From NCBI GenBank assembly GCA_963717435.1, contig OY970332.1, positions 224,001 to 288,000 of the forward strand: a stretch of DNA of 64,000 bases. The letters run 5' to 3'. Both the position numbers and the translations under genes were made by a program. The notes under the pieces are model-generated. The model was not told the origin of the DNA. It did no database searches and worked only from the letters and a program-made list of their open reading frames with translations. Shown here one piece after another: positions 8,477 through 18,425 of this stretch (its first letter is position 1; each line of letters starts with the position of its first letter). Source of the DNA: an uncultured bacterium (GTDB lineage Bacteria; Babelota; Babeliae; Babelales; Babelaceae).

Positions 8477-10069
8477 ATGCAAGCAAATTTTAATAAAAAG
8501 ATTCTGTGCTCTTTAATTTTAGCCTCCTGCGTGGCAAATATTGGTGCCACCGCCGCCGAAGATGATTTTGATTTAGATGAGGCATTAACGATGGAGCCGG
8601 GAGAACCAAGCAAGACCGCTCTACGTGATCCGTCAAACGATTGCCCCCCCTCCCAACTTCTTGAGCTACTTGTAAATGGCGGAGCGGTTAGCTTACTTCA
8701 AAAAAATATCTATCTAAAAACTAATCCTATTAATGTCAGAAGTTTGCTAGATATGCCCAGCTTATACCCAATAATCGACATGCGAAGCAAATGTGACAGG
8801 CTTGATCTTTATATGATCCCGTTTTATAACCAGATGTCCAAAGCGTATTATACTGAAAATAGCCCTTTTATATCCAGTTATGTTAACTTATCGGCCCAAG
8901 ATCTTATTGAGTCGTTGGGTGAAGATACTCCGTTACAAAGTGTCGGCTTTGATGAAGTTCTTGATTTATTTCAGGGGATGAAAATACAAGAGCGTCGCTT
9001 GGGTGCAATGTTTGGTATTTTCGATCAGACTGACCATTCTATATATAATATTTATTTGCCGGTTTATTATCTTGAACATAACTTTTTCTTAACTGATCAA
9101 GAAAGAAATGCCCTAATAAATTCACAATTCTTTAAAGATTACGGGATTCAGGGGGATAGCGAGGGGGAACTAAATTTTGCGTTTGATCATCTTGTTAATG
9201 ACAGACTTGGAATTGGGGATACTCGCGTTGATATAAAAACGATAGCCCATGAAGGGGAAAATCTTAATGTTTGGGTGGGCATGCAAGCCACAATACCAAC
9301 TGCGATGACATTCAAAGATGGAGTAATGGGCGCCGTATTTAATCCAGCATGCGTGTTTCCGCAGTTTAACTTAACCGAAGTCATGACAGGCGTAGTTTGC
9401 AACAAACCAGGCACTTATGCCTTCCAACAGGCGAAACAACAGGGCGTAGACCTGATGGTGGGAGCAGTTGACAGACTTTCAGCTATGTTAATAAATGTCC
9501 CGATGGGTAATCGTGGACACTTAGGATTGGCCCCACAAATAACATTTGATCAAAGAGTCGGATGCAATTCAACACTTATAACCAATATTTGTCTTGAATA
9601 TTTTTTTGGCGCAAAGGAAGAACGCTTTTTCCTAGTTAATAAAGATAATATTAATTTTAATAGAAATTATAGTGACGACTCACAAGCACTTGCTAACCTG
9701 AACTTTCTTTCGGACCAGATAATTAATACTCTGTTTCCTAAAGTTTGTGAGGTTAGGGTTACTCCAGGGTATCTTTTGAAATTTAACGAAAAGTTTCAAC
9801 ATAATACAGAAAGATGGGATTTTATATTCGAGTTTGATTTCTGGAGACAGGCCCAAGAGAAGGTTGATCTGCAAAACAATCTTCTTGATTGCTCAAAGGG
9901 CATAAAGCCGGCAGCTTATCAGGGCAAACTTGTTGGACAATGCGTATATAATTTCCGATCAGACAGATCGGGCAATGGGAAATTTGGCTTAACCGGAGAT
10001 GTTACAATATTTAATAAGGGCATAGGAAAAGACTTCACTGTAGGTTTTTATGCCTCAATGGATTTCTAG
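8477..10069 (+). CDS. Hypothetical secreted protein, probable outer-membrane beta-barrel
   Basis: Signal-peptide-like N-terminus; amphipathic C-terminal strands ending FTVGFYASMDF. Confidence 0.6.
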   Translation: MQANFNKKILCSLILASCVANIGATAAEDDFDLDEALTMEPGEPSKTALRDPSNDCPPSQLLELLVNGGAVSLLQKNIYLKTNPINVRSLLDMPSLYPIIDMRSKCDRLDLYMIPFYNQMSKAYYTENSPFISSYVNLSAQDLIESLGEDTPLQSVGFDEVLDLFQGMKIQERRLGAMFGIFDQTDHSIYNIYLPVYYLEHNFFLTDQERNALINSQFFKDYGIQGDSEGELNFAFDHLVNDRLGIGDTRVDIKTIAHEGENLNVWVGMQATIPTAMTFKDGVMGAVFNPACVFPQFNLTEVMTGVVCNKPGTYAFQQAKQQGVDLMVGAVDRLSAMLINVPMGNRGHLGLAPQITFDQRVGCNSTLITNICLEYFFGAKEERFFLVNKDNINFNRNYSDDSQALANLNFLSDQIINTLFPKVCEVRVTPGYLLKFNEKFQHNTERWDFIFEFDFWRQAQEKVDLQNNLLDCSKGIKPAAYQGKLVGQCVYNFRSDRSGNGKFGLTGDVTIFNKGIGKDFTVGFYASMDF

Positions 10070-10138
10070 GGATTTTTAAGTAATATATTTTTTAAGTCAG
10101 TTAAACTTTACTAAACTTTACTATAGGAAAAAGAAAGT

Positions 10139-10855
10139 ATGATAAGTCTAAATTTTCAAAACAGATTGGCTCTATTAATTGCGATAGTTTTTTTATCGGG
10201 AAACAGTAATCTGATTTCAAACGACTCAGGCACCGACGCATCTGCGGGGGTTAAGCACCAAAAATATATAAAATTACAGGACCCGCTTTTACACACCATA
10301 GACGGAATGCCGAGCCCACTAGGCATAGATGCTGACGCCATTAAAAATATAATTCAAGTATTACAGTCTGCAAAAAGCATGCTCTTTGGGTTAAAGCCGA
10401 AACATTCTGATGGAAGCGCAGGTGAAAAATCTGGTGATTATAGATATAAAGATACTAACTGCACCTTGATGGAGCTTGTTGAATTTGAAAAACATGCCAA
10501 AGCAACAAATAATAGTGCCGATCTTGCTGAACTTAACAAAGTTTTTTCACAAGCAAAATCTGACTTTATGAACTTAACAAAACCTTTTATCGGCGATATT
10601 TCTGTTCCCGCCGTAAAAGACTACATGACAAAACTGATCAATGAATCATGTCGTGAAAGAAAACGTCACGACAGTTACTTGTTAACTTGGTCAAGACAAG
10701 ATGGAACAGATATTGCTGTAATGGACAGGGACATTAAAGATATACAAACATTTGCTTTATTTACTTCAGATTTATGCAATTTCTTGGGTGATTTATTACA
10801 CAGTTGCCCTAGAGGTTTCAAAAAATATAAAGAGAAATATTTGCCTAAAAACTAA
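10139..10855 (+). CDS. Hypothetical secreted protein
   Basis: 238 aa ORF with hydrophobic N-terminus, followed by a terminator. Confidence 0.7.
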   Translation: MISLNFQNRLALLIAIVFLSGNSNLISNDSGTDASAGVKHQKYIKLQDPLLHTIDGMPSPLGIDADAIKNIIQVLQSAKSMLFGLKPKHSDGSAGEKSGDYRYKDTNCTLMELVEFEKHAKATNNSADLAELNKVFSQAKSDFMNLTKPFIGDISVPAVKDYMTKLINESCRERKRHDSYLLTWSRQDGTDIAVMDRDIKDIQTFALFTSDLCNFLGDLLHSCPRGFKKYKEKYLPKN

Positions 10856-10886
10856 TTATAATTAAATAGTTTTTATAGTTTTTATT

Positions 10887-10914
10887 ATAGCCAGGATTTC
10901 TCCTGGCTATTTTA
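10887..10914 (+). terminator. Intrinsic terminator
   Basis: atagccagga-tttc-tcctggctat followed by Ts. Confidence 0.75.
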
Positions 10915-10959
10915 TTGCTATTTTATTTTAAATTTTAAATAAAACTGTAAACTGATTTT

Positions 10960-13155
10960 ATGGACCAAATAGAAACCACAATTAGTGGGACGATAGAAAA
11001 ATTTATATACCAAAATTCCGAAAATGGTTTCTCAATATTTGTTATCAAGTCTTATCACGAAGACATAACAGTAACAGGATATTTGCCGCAAATTCAGGCC
11101 GGGCAGGAAGTTAAACTTAACGGAGCCTGGGGATTTCACAAAAAATTTGGCAAACAGTTTCAGGCCAAAAGTTGCGTCACCAATTTGCCCGCTACAATTA
11201 CTGGTTTAAAAAAATATTTAGGCTCAGGTCTTATTAAGGGCATCGGTAAAACTTATGCTGAAAATTTGGTTAACAAATTTGGCATAGACACTTTAAAAAT
11301 TATAGATGAACAGCCAGAGAGATTAAAAGAAGTTGCCGGTATAGGAGAAAAAAGAGTAGAGATAATAATAAATGCTTGGAAAGATCAAAAAGAGATTTCA
11401 AATATTATGGTCTTTTTGCAAGACAAGGGAATCTCTGCAAACTATTCTACAAAAATATATAAGCAATATAAGAGCGAAGCGATAGCGATTTTACTTGAAA
11501 ACCCATATAGACTAGCAACAGAGATATGGGGAATAGGTTTTAAAAGTGCCGACGAGATAGCAAAAAAATTGGGGTTCCCGTTAAACTCTCCAAAAAGAAT
11601 ACAAGCTGGGATCTGCTTTACTATTACAACTGCCGCACAAAATGGGCATTTGTATGTCGAACTTAACGAGCTAAAAGAAAAAACTATAGAAATTTTGGAA
11701 CTTCAAAATCTTGAAGCTGATCAACTTAAAAGTTTATTAAAATCATGTTTTATCGATCTTTATGATAAAACTGTAATTAAGCTTATAACTTATCAAGATA
11801 CGCATTATGTTACTCTTTCCCAGTATTATTTTTCTGAAAGTTCTGTCGCAAATAAGATAAAAAATCTGTTGCAATATAAAAGTGTATTAGATTTTGATAT
11901 CAACAAAATTTATGACACATTAAGAACAGAAACATCTGGAACTATTAACCTGAACGAAGATCAACAGCGGGGAATAATAACTACGCTACAAAGCAAAGTT
12001 ACTGTTATTACCGGCGGACCTGGAACCGGTAAAACTACGTTGATTAAAAAACTACTTGGTGTCTTGGATCAAAATAGAGTTTCTTATAAACTTGCAGCGC
12101 CTACAGGAAGAGCAGCAAAAAGAATAACTGAGGGCACAGGAAAAATAGCGCTGACAATTCACAGATTACTAGAATTTGATCCTATAAATATGGGTTTTAC
12201 CCACAATGAGCGCAACGCTCTTAAATTAGACTTTTTGATTATAGACGAAGCGTCTATGATCGATATTTTTCTTGCAAACTCGGTTTTAAAAGCTTTGCCG
12301 CATCATGCGCATTTGCTATTAATCGGGGATATTGACCAGCTACCATCTGTTGGGGCCGGAAATTTTTTGAACGACATAATATCAAGCGAACAGGTGCCGT
12401 GCGTAAGATTAACCCAGATATTCAGGCAGGCAAAAGATAGTTTGATTATTGTAAACGCCCATAAAATAAATAAAGGCGAATTCCCGGTATCTTTATTGCC
12501 CGATGCAAAAAAAGATTTTATTTTTATAAAAGAAGAAAATCCTGAAAAAGTTTCAGGGATCTTGCAAAATCTTCTCACGACAACTTTAAAAAAGCATAAT
12601 ATCCCACTTTCAGATTCTATAGTTTTAACACCCATGAATAGGGGCATTGTTGGCACACATGGGATAAACCATGAGATGCAAGCTTTTTTAAACCCGGCCG
12701 ATATCAACAAATCTGAAATTGCCCATTTTGGAGTTGTTTTTAGAGTTGCAGATAGAGTGATGCAGATAAGAAATAATTATGATAAAATTGTATTTAATGG
12801 GGATATTGGCTTTATCGAATCTATAGATAAAGAAGATAAAATCTTGAGAGTTAACTATCAAGATAGAATTGTCGAATATGATTTTGATGAGCTTAACGAA
12901 ATAGTTTTAGCTTACGCTATATCTATTCACAAGAGCCAGGGGTCTGAATACGGCGCCGTTATTATTCCAATTTTTATGCAGCACTTTATGTTACTACAGA
13001 GAAATTTGATATATACGGGCATAACAAGAGCTAAGAAACTCTGCATCTTTATTGGTCAGCCCAAAGCACTGGCTATTGGTATCAGAAATAATCAGGGCAA
13101 AAAGCGAATAACTTTTTTAAAGCAGTTTTTAAATGGCGAATTAGCAGTAATTTAA
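10960..13155 (+). CDS. recD2: RecD2-like ATP-dependent helicase (RecD/TraA family)
   Basis: HhH-type N-terminus (LIKGIG), GGPGTGKTT, APTGRAAKR, IIDEASM, GDIDQLPSVGAG, SIHKSQGSEY. Confidence 0.95.
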   Translation: MDQIETTISGTIEKFIYQNSENGFSIFVIKSYHEDITVTGYLPQIQAGQEVKLNGAWGFHKKFGKQFQAKSCVTNLPATITGLKKYLGSGLIKGIGKTYAENLVNKFGIDTLKIIDEQPERLKEVAGIGEKRVEIIINAWKDQKEISNIMVFLQDKGISANYSTKIYKQYKSEAIAILLENPYRLATEIWGIGFKSADEIAKKLGFPLNSPKRIQAGICFTITTAAQNGHLYVELNELKEKTIEILELQNLEADQLKSLLKSCFIDLYDKTVIKLITYQDTHYVTLSQYYFSESSVANKIKNLLQYKSVLDFDINKIYDTLRTETSGTINLNEDQQRGIITTLQSKVTVITGGPGTGKTTLIKKLLGVLDQNRVSYKLAAPTGRAAKRITEGTGKIALTIHRLLEFDPINMGFTHNERNALKLDFLIIDEASMIDIFLANSVLKALPHHAHLLLIGDIDQLPSVGAGNFLNDIISSEQVPCVRLTQIFRQAKDSLIIVNAHKINKGEFPVSLLPDAKKDFIFIKEENPEKVSGILQNLLTTTLKKHNIPLSDSIVLTPMNRGIVGTHGINHEMQAFLNPADINKSEIAHFGVVFRVADRVMQIRNNYDKIVFNGDIGFIESIDKEDKILRVNYQDRIVEYDFDELNEIVLAYAISIHKSQGSEYGAVIIPIFMQHFMLLQRNLIYTGITRAKKLCIFIGQPKALAIGIRNNQGKKRITFLKQFLNGELAVI

Positions 13156-13172
13156 TTTTTTAATAAATTTTT

Positions 13173-14024
13173 ATGAACAAGCTTAAAATTATATTATTTT
13201 TTTTATTATTTTTGTTTTCAAATACTAACTCACGAGCAATCGAAGTTGTTATAGAAGATAATTTAACTAGCGATGTTTCTGGCACTATTTCTGAAGAGCC
13301 AGAAAATATCTCAGAAAATAACCCAGAATCAGCACCAGAACTAGTAGAAATAGAAAATCAAGAGATATTACAAGAATCCCCAAATATAAAACTTAAAAAC
13401 AAAATAACTACAGTTATGCTTAACCCAGCGGGGGATGCGCAAAATACGGGCAAAATAATTGGCGATGGCTTTGAGCGTAATTTAACCCTACAAATTGCAC
13501 AGGAAATAGAGAACTTTTTCAAATATGACGGCTCAACCAAAATAATATTATCACGATCAGCAGGAGAGAGCCTAGAACCGCTTCAGAATATATCTTTTGC
13601 AAATAGGCTTAATATAGATTTTTATTTAGATATAAACGTGGCCCAGAATAGTCTTGAAGATAAAAATCAAAATTTTGATAACAATAAAAAAATATTTATT
13701 TATTATCATATAATAAATCCAGTAGAAGACAGGTGGCCGAAAAAATTTGATAATCTGTCTTTAATATCGATCGATCAAATCTATCTTAAGAATATTTCCA
13801 AAACTATAGATTTTGCTGATATTTTTTCAAAGACTTTAAAAAATTACACAAAAAAAATATCGGTATATAGCGGTGGTCCCATAGGCGTGCCTTTAAAATC
13901 ACTTCTAGGGCTAAACTGCCCGGCAATATCATGCGAAATTTTAGTTAACTCTAAGTTTGATATAAAAGAGTTTATTGAACCCATTTGCCAAGCAATAAAA
14001 AAAATAACCGAGCAAATTTCATGA
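13173..14024 (+). CDS. N-acetylmuramoyl-L-alanine amidase (Amidase_3)-like protein, probably catalytically degenerate
   Basis: Amidase_3 spacing (VMLNPAGD, ERNLTLQIA, ILSR, FANRLNIDFYLDIN, PAISCEI), but the Zn-ligand His residues are absent. Confidence 0.65.
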   Translation: MNKLKIILFFLLFLFSNTNSRAIEVVIEDNLTSDVSGTISEEPENISENNPESAPELVEIENQEILQESPNIKLKNKITTVMLNPAGDAQNTGKIIGDGFERNLTLQIAQEIENFFKYDGSTKIILSRSAGESLEPLQNISFANRLNIDFYLDINVAQNSLEDKNQNFDNNKKIFIYYHIINPVEDRWPKKFDNLSLISIDQIYLKNISKTIDFADIFSKTLKNYTKKISVYSGGPIGVPLKSLLGLNCPAISCEILVNSKFDIKEFIEPICQAIKKITEQIS

Positions 14025-14572
14025 AGACAAGAAAACTATTATTTTGGGTATTAATATTCTTTTCTGGAATATTATTTTATGGCTTTTATAATAATATTAT
14101 AATAATAAGACTCCCAGAAAAGCTTAAATTAAATAATATACAGAAGCCCAATCAGAAAAAACTAACAAACTTTTTTATCTGGCAAAATAACAAGTGGCAC
14201 ACAGAAGATGCTGAGATTATCTGGTCCGACTCTCTTTCTGAAACTATAAATAATATCTTAGTAAACTGGCTAATAATTAATTACGAATTTAATAAAGACT
14301 TTGAAAAAAACTTCAAACAGGTCAGCATTCAGACAGTTATGCTAGATTCTGACAAAAAATATGCTTATATAAATTTTGATAAAAATCCCATAAACAAGCA
14401 CTGGCCAATCTATAAAAAAATTAAATTTATAGAATCGATTTTAAAGACTTTGCACGAGAATAAAATCAAAATTCAGGGATTATACTTTTTGGTCAATCAC
14501 AAATTTTTGGAAGACTCGCACTTAGACTTCTCCCACGCCTGGCCAATTACCGGGTATACTGAAAATATTTAA
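14021..14572 (+). CDS. Membrane-anchored hypothetical protein, possibly GerMN-like
   Basis: ATG at 14021 overlaps the upstream stop (ATGA); N-terminal TM helix; AYINF...ILKTL...FLVN...HLDFS pattern. Confidence 0.55.
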   Translation: MKTRKLLFWVLIFFSGILFYGFYNNIIIIRLPEKLKLNNIQKPNQKKLTNFFIWQNNKWHTEDAEIIWSDSLSETINNILVNWLIINYEFNKDFEKNFKQVSIQTVMLDSDKKYAYINFDKNPINKHWPIYKKIKFIESILKTLHENKIKIQGLYFLVNHKFLEDSHLDFSHAWPITGYTENI

Positions 14573-14621
14573 TCTCTGTTGAGTTTTTAAATTTAACGAA
14601 TTTAAGCAAAATAATTTCACA

Positions 14622-14687
14622 CACCGCTCGTCCCGAGTGTTTTTTCGTAGCGATAGCGAAGAAAAAATGTATCGAGGGATGGCGGTG
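14622..14687 (+). repeat. Dispersed palindromic element, copy 4
   Basis: caccgctcgtcccgagtg-ttttttc-gta-gcgatagc-gaa-gaaaaaa-tgtatcgagggatggcggtg. Confidence 0.92.
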
Positions 14688-14726
14688 AATACTAACATCA
14701 TAAATAATTTATCTACGGTAATGGCT

Positions 14727-14780
14727 CATCCCTCGATACAATCACCTCACTGCGTTTCGGTGATCACTCGGGACGAGCGG
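14727..14780 (-). repeat. Dispersed palindromic element, copy 5 (inverted partner of copy 4)
   Basis: Reverse complement: ccgctcgtcccgagtg-atcacc-gaa-acgcagt-ga-ggtgat-tgtatcgagggatg. Confidence 0.92.
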
Positions 14781-14799
14781 TCGAGAGAAATTGCCGCGA

Positions 14800-16434
14800 T
14801 CAAATATCCTTTTCTAAATATTTTACAGCATCGCCAGTTGTATTAAAAACAAGTTTTTTGGATTCTAGTTTTTCGAATTTTCGTGATGCCTGAAGCATGT
14901 TTTTGATATACAAATTATTACTTACGACAGCAACTTTTTGCTTCTTCTTTTCAATTATTTCGATAATCTCGTCAATTGCATCAATACCATCAAGATCTAT
15001 ATAAAAAATATCTGATAAAATTAAAATTACCCCAGAGTACTCAGAAAAATCAGACTCGAATCGCAAAATATGTCCCTGGGCGTTCAAATAAACAAGCTCA
15101 CCTTTTATTGTGTACTCTAATATATTTTTTTTCTTGCCAGCGAGTTTTACAGATCCGGTAGAATCTTCTTGAATATTATCTTGCAAAATATTTTCATGAA
15201 TCTTTGTCTCATAAAAACTTGTTGCTATCTGGTTTGATAATGCAAGCAATGCTATAACAGTCCCTGATAAAATCCCCAAAATCGGATCCTCGTATATTGT
15301 CAAAAATGCGACAAGCAAAGAGATAATAAAGTTTGTTTTGTCGTGTAAGTATAGTCTCTCAAAATGCTCACGCCCGATCATGCCAACAGCAACATTAACT
15401 AATATTGCAGCTATAACCGCCATGGGGATATATCTAAAATAAGATAAAAACAGAAAAGCGCCTGCTGCCATAAACAAACTACAAAATGTTGCTGAAATTT
15501 TATCAGTTGCACCAGATTTGATATTAAAAGATGTACGCGCCAATGCAGCCGTTGCCGGGATGCCGCCGAATAACCCAGAAACTATATTGGCAAGTGAAAG
15601 ACCGAACATCTCTCGTCTGACATTAAATTTGGTCTTTGTAGCAGCATCAGCTATCTTGGCTGACAAAAGTGTTTCTAATATTGCAATAATTGCAACAACT
15701 ACTGCTGTAGTAAATAAAGTTTTTGTAATAATAATAGATTTTATATCAAATAATACTGGCTTAATTTCTCCAAATTTATCCCCCAAAGTTTCGATACTTA
15801 TAGACACCAATTTATTATTAGTTAAGTAACCCAAAAATATTCCAATAGGGGACATGACTAATGCGCCGGGCACATTGGGCAAGATAATGCGCAAAATAAT
15901 AAGTGCTACAAAAAAAGCAGAAAAAATTAGAAAAGTAATACCCGAAAAATCAGCTATATGCGAAAAAGATTCAAAAACATTTTCTATAAATTTTTCATGC
16001 TTGGGCAAATTTTGTAACCCTAAAGCAAAATTAAACTGATTTAAGATTAATATAAGAGCTATACCCAAAGTAAAGCCGTGAATTACACTTGATGGGACAA
16101 AAAACAGATATTTTTCTAATTTAATTAAATAAGCTAAAAATATTAGTATCCCAGACACTATTGCAAGTGTCGCAACAGCCGCGGGCCCGTTAATTAACGC
16201 ATATGAGGCAATAACCCCGGACAGTGCGCCTGTAACGCCAACAATATTATAATTGCTTCCACCAAATAAAGACGCTATCAGCGCGGCCCATATTGCGGTA
16301 ATTAAACCTGTTGTCGGGCTAACGCCTGATGCAACTGCTAATGGTATAGAAAGTGGCATCGAAACCAAAGATACGGTTAAGCCTGACTTTAAGTTTGTTT
16401 TTATTAAATCAGAATCGAAAAATTTTCGCGCCAT
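14800..16434 (-). CDS. SulP-family inorganic anion transporter with STAS domain
   Basis: SGLTVSLVSMPLSIPLAVASGV, GLFGGIPATAALART, many TM helices, C-terminal STAS (YIDLDG). Confidence 0.93.
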   Translation of the reverse strand: MARKFFDSDLIKTNLKSGLTVSLVSMPLSIPLAVASGVSPTTGLITAIWAALIASLFGGSNYNIVGVTGALSGVIASYALINGPAAVATLAIVSGILIFLAYLIKLEKYLFFVPSSVIHGFTLGIALILILNQFNFALGLQNLPKHEKFIENVFESFSHIADFSGITFLIFSAFFVALIILRIILPNVPGALVMSPIGIFLGYLTNNKLVSISIETLGDKFGEIKPVLFDIKSIIITKTLFTTAVVVAIIAILETLLSAKIADAATKTKFNVRREMFGLSLANIVSGLFGGIPATAALARTSFNIKSGATDKISATFCSLFMAAGAFLFLSYFRYIPMAVIAAILVNVAVGMIGREHFERLYLHDKTNFIISLLVAFLTIYEDPILGILSGTVIALLALSNQIATSFYETKIHENILQDNIQEDSTGSVKLAGKKKNILEYTIKGELVYLNAQGHILRFESDFSEYSGVILILSDIFYIDLDGIDAIDEIIEIIEKKKQKVAVVSNNLYIKNMLQASRKFEKLESKKLVFNTTGDAVKYLEKDI

Positions 16435-16527
16435 AATAATTTTGAACTTTCAATTAATTTTCTGTTTTAGTTAGTTAATTTAATTTTGGGGCTTATAATT
16501 TTTTTTACAAGCAAATAATTAATTTGG

Positions 16528-16800
16528 CTATATATTTTGCAGGTGCAGCCTAATTGCATCAAACTCTCTACGTAACTCTTTTTCCGTATAACCAACTAAT
16601 TTGTGATATTTGCCATTTATAATTATACCAGGTGTTGAGATAACCTGATATTTAGCCATTAGATCTTGGCCGGTTATTGAATTTGAATCAACTTCTTGCG
16701 TTACCAACTCAGGATAAGCCTGCTTTAACATGTCCAACAAATGTCGAACTTTGATGCAACGTTCACAACCCACGGTGGTCAAAAGTGTTACACGAATCAT
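16528..16800 (-). CDS. Glutaredoxin/thioredoxin-like protein
   Basis: CERC motif and STPGIIING; 90 aa. Confidence 0.8.
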   Translation of the reverse strand: MIRVTLLTTVGCERCIKVRHLLDMLKQAYPELVTQEVDSNSITGQDLMAKYQVISTPGIIINGKYHKLVGYTEKELRREFDAIRLHLQNI

Positions 16801-16950
16801 AAAATTTCTCCCAAAATTTTTAAATTACATAACAATATTGTGAATCAAGTTTGGCCACTTTTGCAAGAAGAAATAAATTTTTGACTTTTTAATATAACTA
16901 AACTAAGTATTTATATTAGTTTATTTTTTTATTTTAAAAGGGAGAAGAAT

Positions 16951-17154
16951 ATGGAACTAAGAGAAAACAAAGACTTTATCAAAGGGTCGTTACTAATTCT
17001 TACCGGGGTTGCGTTGCTTTTACACACCCTTGGTGCCTTTCAAGCAATCTTATATTACGTTCTTATCGCGATCAGCATAACTTTGATAACCTACGGCGTG
17101 TTCAGAGCAAAATTGATCCAAGAACTTTCAAGAATGATCGACAAAAGAAAGTAA
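16951..17154 (+). CDS. Small two-TM membrane protein
   Basis: RBS GGGAG, two hydrophobic segments, downstream terminator. Confidence 0.7.
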   Translation: MELRENKDFIKGSLLILTGVALLLHTLGAFQAILYYVLIAISITLITYGVFRAKLIQELSRMIDKRK

Positions 17155-17179
17155 TTTTTTCTAAAATTTTGCTTTTAAA

Positions 17180-17206
17180 AAAGCCGCTGATATTTGCAGC
17201 GGCTTT
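17180..17206. terminator. Bidirectional terminator between convergent genes
   Basis: aaagccgctg-atatttg-cagcggcttt. Confidence 0.75.
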
Positions 17207-17239
17207 AGTTCTCTAAAATTTATTTTTTATAAAATATAA

Positions 17240-18277
17240 CTAATCTTGTTCTTCTTTACTTTCTTTGCCAGTAACAACTTTTTTGCTCTTACTCTGTTTT
17301 TGATTTTTTATAGCTTCATCCATCATCTTTTTCATTTCATTAAGATCTTTTAAAACTTCCGGCATATAAAAGCCAGTATAATATTTAAGCTTGTCAATCT
17401 TACCCATTTTATCTTCAACTTCTTTAATAGCAAATGAAATTGAATCAATCGAATCATGCGGCTCGTGTAAAATTTTGCCGTTAAGCGAGAGGTTTACTTT
17501 GTATACAGATAAAGGATCGGCACCGTATTTTAATAAAATAGCTAAAGTATCAATATATTTATGGATACTTAAATTTTCTTCTGCCCCCTCTGTTACAACA
17601 TTGTCCACGAAACAATGGAATAGAGACAACTCTTCATTCCCAATTTGTACTAAAAAATTCGGATCAGACGAAAATTCTAGCGTCTTCTTAAGACGATCTA
17701 TATCATTATCGAATAGGTAATGTCTCGAGGTCTCAAATAGTTCCTGCTTTGTATATTTAAACTTAGCCCAATTATAAGCTTTTAATTTTGATACCGTTTC
17801 AAATAAATCAATCAAGGTAGGATAGGTTCCAAGCTTATCCCTTAAGATTTTATTCAATACGTCAGCCTTAAACTGCTCGTAGCTGTAATTTTTTTTGCCC
17901 TCTTCAACACCAGTTTTATCAATCAAACTCTGAAGAGCCTTTCTTAATCCGGCCTGATCTTGAACTTTTTTAAGATCGATTTCGGCTCTAGATTCAGAAT
18001 CTTTTGCTCTAGGTTCTTTTGCCTTTTTAGGATACATCATCAAATCCGTGATCCTAAATATTTCTGCTTCTGTTTTGCCAAACGGATTAATCAAACCTAA
18101 CTCTGTAATTTGGGTCCAAATATTTTGCGGCAATGGCTTTGTTGCTTGTCCCCCAAGTTTACCGCCACCAATATAACTTGCAGGTTTGTATTTTCCTGGA
18201 CTTTCGCCCTCTTCCATAGAGACAGAATCGATAAATATTACGCTTGAAATTAGAACAAGATATATTAAATTTTTCAT
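17240..18277 (-). CDS. Secreted protein with degenerate ankyrin-like motif (same family as 5581/6783)
   Basis: Signal-like N-terminus followed by SMEE; KTEAEIFRI, FKADV, KAYNWAK, LLKYGADP. Confidence 0.75.
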   Translation of the reverse strand: MKNLIYLVLISSVIFIDSVSMEEGESPGKYKPASYIGGGKLGGQATKPLPQNIWTQITELGLINPFGKTEAEIFRITDLMMYPKKAKEPRAKDSESRAEIDLKKVQDQAGLRKALQSLIDKTGVEEGKKNYSYEQFKADVLNKILRDKLGTYPTLIDLFETVSKLKAYNWAKFKYTKQELFETSRHYLFDNDIDRLKKTLEFSSDPNFLVQIGNEELSLFHCFVDNVVTEGAEENLSIHKYIDTLAILLKYGADPLSVYKVNLSLNGKILHEPHDSIDSISFAIKEVEDKMGKIDKLKYYTGFYMPEVLKDLNEMKKMMDEAIKNQKQSKSKKVVTGKESKEEQD

Positions 18278-18425
18278 GAATCCCCCCCCAAAAATACAAA
18301 ATTACAAAAGTATAATAACTAAATTTACAAAAGACTTAGCTTATAAAATAAGTTAAGCAAATTTTGATACAAATAGTCAATACAAATATATAAAAATATA
18401 TTTTGCAAATTAGTGAATAACTAGT

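Noticed and set aside
14637-14846. 69-aa ORF MFFRSDSEEK...
   Set aside because: Made almost entirely of repeat copies 4 and 5; the elements simply lack stop codons.
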